Source: Promethearchaeia archaeon (lineage in GTDB: Archaea; Asgardarchaeota; Lokiarchaeia; Sigyniarchaeales; SOKP01). Taken from it: a stretch of DNA of 32,000 nt. Under the pieces are notes generated by a model that saw nothing but the letters and a program-made list of their open reading frames with translations, was not told where the DNA came from and did not search any database. Below are positions 27,925-32,000 of the stretch, piece by piece. The translations under genes were made by a program, and so were the position numbers. Position 1 is the stretch's first letter, and each line of letters starts with the position of its first letter. The DNA is taken from positions 1-32,000 of the forward strand of contig JAWOFX010000083.1 in assembly GCA_046497275.1 (NCBI GenBank). Direction: 5' to 3'.

Positions 27925-28995
27925 TTAACTATTTTTTAGTTCTTCGATTATCCGCTCTTTTTCATTTAATTCCATCTTTAATTTATTAATAGTCTTCTGT
28001 AAATCTTCTATTAAATCTGACATGGTAGTGGGAGTTTCTTTAGTTTTATCCTCTATCTTGCTGCGTAAATTTAATATTAAGCTATCTTGTTCTTGAATTT
28101 TTTGGTTAAGATGTTTAATTTTATTATTCATTTCCTCAGATTCATCAGAATTTATCATTTGATTATTAATTTGATTTTTATATTCCTTAATTTGTTCATT
28201 TAACTTTTCGTTTTGCTCTCGAAGAGAGATCAGCTCTTCAGAATCTATTGTAATTAAACCATCCTTTTCCATTGTATTTCGAAGTTGCTGATTTTCGTGT
28301 TTTAATTTATCTACAAGGATTTTATGTTTATTTAATTCAGATTGGAGATCTTGGCATAAAAATTCAAGAGTTTTTGAAGAGGTTTCAGACGAAGATATTT
28401 CTTGAGGCAAAGTTTCTGATCTATCTCTTTCAAGTTGAGTATTTCTTTCTTTAAGAGATTTATTTTCTTGGCTTAATTGTTCCATGTTTGCTTCAATTAA
28501 ATTAATCTTTTCGATTAATTTCTGAATATTTGATTTTTTCTTAGATAATTCTGATTGAAGATTTTCCATTAAAGTTGCATTAACATTAGGAGGTAATTGA
28601 GTTTTTGATTCTAATTGGTTAATTTTGGTTTGTAATTTATTTATATTATTATCTTTATTATTTAATTGATCTATTTTAAGAGATAATTCTCTGTTCAAAT
28701 TTTCTATTTGCTCTTCAAGATTCTCAATTCTTTTTGTATATTCCGTTTCTAAGTTTATTTTTTCTTGTTTTAAAGCATTTTTCTCATCAACTGCTTTTTT
28801 GATGAATTCTTCAGATTTTTTAATCAAATTTATATTTTCTTCAATTTTTTTTCTTAGAAGGGCATTCTCCTCCTCTAATTTATCTAATTTGTCTAATGCA
28901 TCTCCTATTGCAGAGGGGGATTCCATTTCAGATTCTACTTTCTTTCTCCACATTCCTAAAAAATCATCAGATTCTTCTTCGGGCATTTTTATCAA
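27925..28995 (-). CDS. Long coiled-coil protein
   Basis: 356 aa, heptad pattern rich in E/K/L/N/Q throughout. Confidence 0.8.
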   Translation of the reverse strand: MIKMPEEESDDFLGMWRKKVESEMESPSAIGDALDKLDKLEEENALLRKKIEENINLIKKSEEFIKKAVDEKNALKQEKINLETEYTKRIENLEEQIENLNRELSLKIDQLNNKDNNINKLQTKINQLESKTQLPPNVNATLMENLQSELSKKKSNIQKLIEKINLIEANMEQLSQENKSLKERNTQLERDRSETLPQEISSSETSSKTLEFLCQDLQSELNKHKILVDKLKHENQQLRNTMEKDGLITIDSEELISLREQNEKLNEQIKEYKNQINNQMINSDESEEMNNKIKHLNQKIQEQDSLILNLRSKIEDKTKETPTTMSDLIEDLQKTINKLKMELNEKERIIEELKNS

Positions 28996-29020
28996 AATTT
29001 TCTTTAATTTGTAAATCTTT

Positions 29021-29923
29021 TTATTTTAAGATTATCCCTGAAAAATATCCTACTGAATAATCTGAGGGTCCGCTTCCCCCCATTTTTTCATAACTTGTAT
29101 AATATTTTAGACTTTTACATTTGGTACCCCCTAATTTTTGACAAGTAAGCATTAAAGTAGTGATGGTTTGAGGTCCACAAACAGTAGTTTTCTGAGCGTT
29201 TTGTAAAGTTTTTTGCGGATTAAATTCCTCAAATGCATCTATGACTGCTTGATCTTGTTTATTCATCTCTTCGAAATCTTTAGAAGGGTTTCTTACATTC
29301 TGAGGACGTTTATGAGTCATATCAGATGAGGCGACGATAATAACGTCTTTCTCAAATTCTTTTATCGCAGTTGCTATATCTTCAGCTATTTTCTCAAGAT
29401 TATCATAATTTTTAGTTGTAACTTTTATGGGAACAATTTTTATGTCTTTATCCATTGCACAATATTTTATAAAAGGTAATTGAACTTCAATATTATGTTC
29501 TCTTCCGAAAGGATATCCCATAAAAGCGGATTCATCATTAAGGATAATATCACTTTCTTCTATTATTTTTTCTGCTAATTCGCTGTCGATTTTTAAATCT
29601 CCTAGGGGGGTTTCCCATTCTCCCTCTTTCATTAGAGCAATTTTATTATATCCAATATGATCTGTCCCTAATATAATAACAGTGTCTGGTATCTTTTCTT
29701 CAAATAAATTAAGATAGGTAAATGCTGCTGCTGGAGCAGAATAATCATAACCTGCGTGAGGAGCTATTCCTCCAATAGTCTCTCTTTCTTCTTTATTTTT
29801 AGGATTTGGCAATCGCCCAGGCCCAAATTTTTGATCTTTAAATGCATCTTCAATTTTTCGCACCAGAGCTGATTTCGTTCCTGGATAGAACTGTCCTGCC
29901 ACACTAACTTTTCTAATAGCCAT
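29021..29923 (-). CDS. MEMO1 family protein (AmmeMemoRadiSam system protein B)
   Basis: AGQFYP, PHAGY, WETPLG, EHNIEVQLP, ASSDMTH, TVCG, VGY. Confidence 0.94.
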   Translation of the reverse strand: MAIRKVSVAGQFYPGTKSALVRKIEDAFKDQKFGPGRLPNPKNKEERETIGGIAPHAGYDYSAPAAAFTYLNLFEEKIPDTVIILGTDHIGYNKIALMKEGEWETPLGDLKIDSELAEKIIEESDIILNDESAFMGYPFGREHNIEVQLPFIKYCAMDKDIKIVPIKVTTKNYDNLEKIAEDIATAIKEFEKDVIIVASSDMTHKRPQNVRNPSKDFEEMNKQDQAVIDAFEEFNPQKTLQNAQKTTVCGPQTITTLMLTCQKLGGTKCKSLKYYTSYEKMGGSGPSDYSVGYFSGIILK

Positions 29924-30058
29924 AACTTTTCACATATGATTATTTTATCTTTTTACTAGTAAAATTAAAGACATAAGGATTTAAATAAATTTCATTTCAT
30001 TTTTCTAAATAAAACTTGATTTAGAATAATAATAATAAACTATCATAACTTATCATAA

Positions 30059-30664
30059 ATGATGAGTAAGTTAGAGAATGAGGAAATCTCACTTGATGAG
30101 ATAAATGAGCAAGATATACCCGAAAAAATACCTACAAAATTAATTAATTCAAGAGTAATAGTATTTAATCCACTGTATGCATCCTATTTATATGTAAAGA
30201 AAGGATTTTTTGGATCTCCGCTGGGTATAAGTAAACCACGTTTAGAATATTTCTCAAAACCTTCTGAACTTTCCTTATTAGAAGCTTACTTCCTCCTTAA
30301 AAAAGACCAAATTTCCATTTTTGACGTTGAAAATGAAAAAAATTTGACGCACGAAGAATTTTATAGCCTTGTAAGAAAAATACATGATAAATTTGAGGAA
30401 AAGTTTATAATATATCAAGACCTCAGGGAAAAGGGCTATATTCCTCGTCCTGGTCTCAAATTTGGAGCAGATTTTGTAGTTTATAAGAAAGGGCCAGGTT
30501 TAGAACACTCACCTTTTATAGTTCATGCCTTACCGCATGATTCGAAAATAAGTGCGGTTGAGATCGTTCGAGCAGGAAGATTAGCAACTTCCGTAAGAAA
30601 AAAATTTGTTATTGCAAATCCTAATAAAAAAAGTTATTACTTTTTCGAATGGTTTAAACCCTAA
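30059..30664 (+). CDS. endA: tRNA-splicing endonuclease, catalytic subunit
   Basis: LSLLEA, YQDLREKGY, GLKFGADFVVY (Tyr), GPGLEH (His), R.A..VRKK (Lys): complete catalytic triad. Confidence 0.95.
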   Translation: MMSKLENEEISLDEINEQDIPEKIPTKLINSRVIVFNPLYASYLYVKKGFFGSPLGISKPRLEYFSKPSELSLLEAYFLLKKDQISIFDVENEKNLTHEEFYSLVRKIHDKFEEKFIIYQDLREKGYIPRPGLKFGADFVVYKKGPGLEHSPFIVHALPHDSKISAVEIVRAGRLATSVRKKFVIANPNKKSYYFFEWFKP

Positions 30665-30756
30665 ATTATAGAAACTTAAATTTTCCTTGAACTCAAAGGT
30701 GGGAAATAGAGAAACAAAAAATATTCTATGATTTAAAAATTCTAATTAAATAAAAG

Positions 30757-31395
30757 TTAAGAATATCTTAATACTCTGAGTAGATCTCCAATATCATGAA
30801 TTCGATCAGCTAACTCCTCAAGAATTTTAATACTATCACGAATTCTCAATAATAACCTGATATCCATATCTTCTTTGTCATATAAATAGTCTAAAAAGCC
30901 TCTAAAGATTAAATCTATCTCATTTTCGAGTTCATGTATGGTGGTGGTATTCTTAAATACCTCTTGAGGGTTGTCACGGAGATTTTTTATTGCTAACTTC
31001 AATGTATTTGTCATTTCTAAGATATTGTTAATCATCTTATGGTAGGTATTTTTCATCTCTTCATTAAATTGTTCAACTGCGTCAATATGCGATAAGATGT
31101 CAACAAATTCTAATGCAGAATTGATAACATTGTCCATACGCAATATTAAAGTCATATAATCTCCTACTCCTTGGGTACTTGCTTCAGAAAACTCTTTTAT
31201 CAATCGAATTTTAATATTGTCAGCATCTTCTTCTAATAATAGTAACTTACTCTTTTTCTTCGCTAAATTTTTTTGGTTTGATTTTTTTGCTTCTTGCCAA
31301 GAAGTATAGTAGACACCCATATCACTAACGACTTGATATAGGATTCTAGAATGCTCGATCAATAAAGAGGTCATTTCATCGATTGTGGTTGCCAT
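30757..31395 (-). CDS. DUF47 family PhoU-like protein
   Basis: LEEDADNIK, MDNV, IHELENEID, LEELADRIHD: two-fold repeated E..D motifs. Confidence 0.85.
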   Translation of the reverse strand: MATTIDEMTSLLIEHSRILYQVVSDMGVYYTSWQEAKKSNQKNLAKKKSKLLLLEEDADNIKIRLIKEFSEASTQGVGDYMTLILRMDNVINSALEFVDILSHIDAVEQFNEEMKNTYHKMINNILEMTNTLKLAIKNLRDNPQEVFKNTTTIHELENEIDLIFRGFLDYLYDKEDMDIRLLLRIRDSIKILEELADRIHDIGDLLRVLRYS

Positions 31396-31554
31396 TTCTT
31401 ATTCAACTAATAAATTACTTGTATATATTATTAATATTATCTTAAAATTATTTAATTTATGTTTTAAAGAAATCAAAATTATTTTTAAATAAAATAACAT
31501 TATTGTATAATGTTTTATCTAAAAAACTCAAAATTGGTGGAATTTAGGCTTTCA

Positions 31555-32000
31555 ATGATATCTAAATGGAAGACATATATCAAGATTACTCAAGTTGCTT
31601 CAATTGCCAGACGCTATTTTGTTAATAATTTCTATGATGGAATGCTTACCATTCTTGGCAGTTTATTAGGATTCCTTACTTATATCCTAACTGGGACACC
31701 GACAGTGGAAAGTCATATTATAATTCTTGCAGGTATTGGAACATCTGTTAGCATGTTTATTTCTGGTTTTTCTGGTTCCTATCTCTCTGAGAAAGCTGAA
31801 AGAAAGAAGATTCAAAATGAAATGGAACGAGCGATGGGGCGCTATGAGGAAGAGGGAACTGAGGAAATAGAACAACAAGTGGATATGGAAGAGATAGAAA
31901 AAGCAATGCTGACAGAACTTCCCAGAAATACCTCTGCTGTTAAAAAAAAAAGAGTTTTTCAGAAACGTAAGAAAGACAAAGTAAAAACCCTTTTTGAAAA
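31555..32000 (+). CDS. VIT1/CCC1-like transporter, truncated by the window end and absent from the ORF track (alternative in-frame ATG at 31510)
   Basis: Manual translation: MISKWKTY...ARRYFVNNFYDGMLTILG...SMFISGFSGSYLSEKAE...; frame stays open to the end of the window. Confidence 0.85.
   Translation, partial: MISKWKTYIKITQVASIARRYFVNNFYDGMLTILGSLLGFLTYILTGTPTVESHIIILAGIGTSVSMFISGFSGSYLSEKAERKKIQNEMERAMGRYEEEGTEEIEQQVDMEEIEKAMLTELPRNTSAVKKKRVFQKRKKDKVKTLFE

Noticed and set aside
1-32000. CRISPR arrays, rRNA, tRNA, transposases, integrases
   Set aside because: None recognised by eye. A tRNAscan-SE or Infernal run would be needed to exclude small RNAs formally.

Overview
AT-rich archaeal window, most likely Asgard (Lokiarchaeia-like). 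This is inferred from RadA, archaeal EndA, CdhA-type CODH, and roadblock, V4R and longin-like/small-GTPase genes. Most genes are housekeeping or metabolic: thyX, cdhA, SDR, a GalT-like/NDP-sugar pyrophosphorylase/GH13/PMM-like cluster, radA, OsmC, PfkB, MEMO1, endA, DUF47 and a partial VIT1. The main result is that cdhA is not simply frameshifted. It carries a 31-nt insertion (5373-5403) whose ends fold into a canonical bulge-helix-bulge (BHB) motif. Cutting at the standard BHB positions removes exactly these 31 nt and restores the conserved C-D-M-C-C-L-C Fe-S ligand motif and a 782-aa ORF. This points to an endonuclease-spliced mRNA intron in a Wood-Ljungdahl enzyme gene. The likely splicing enzyme (EndA, with a loop resembling the crenarchaeal-specific loop) is encoded in the same window. 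Secondary observations include a perfect CRP-type palindrome upstream of cdhA, an in-frame UGA in a GDT1/TMEM165 gene, a longin-like/ACT fusion and a catalytically degenerate PMM.
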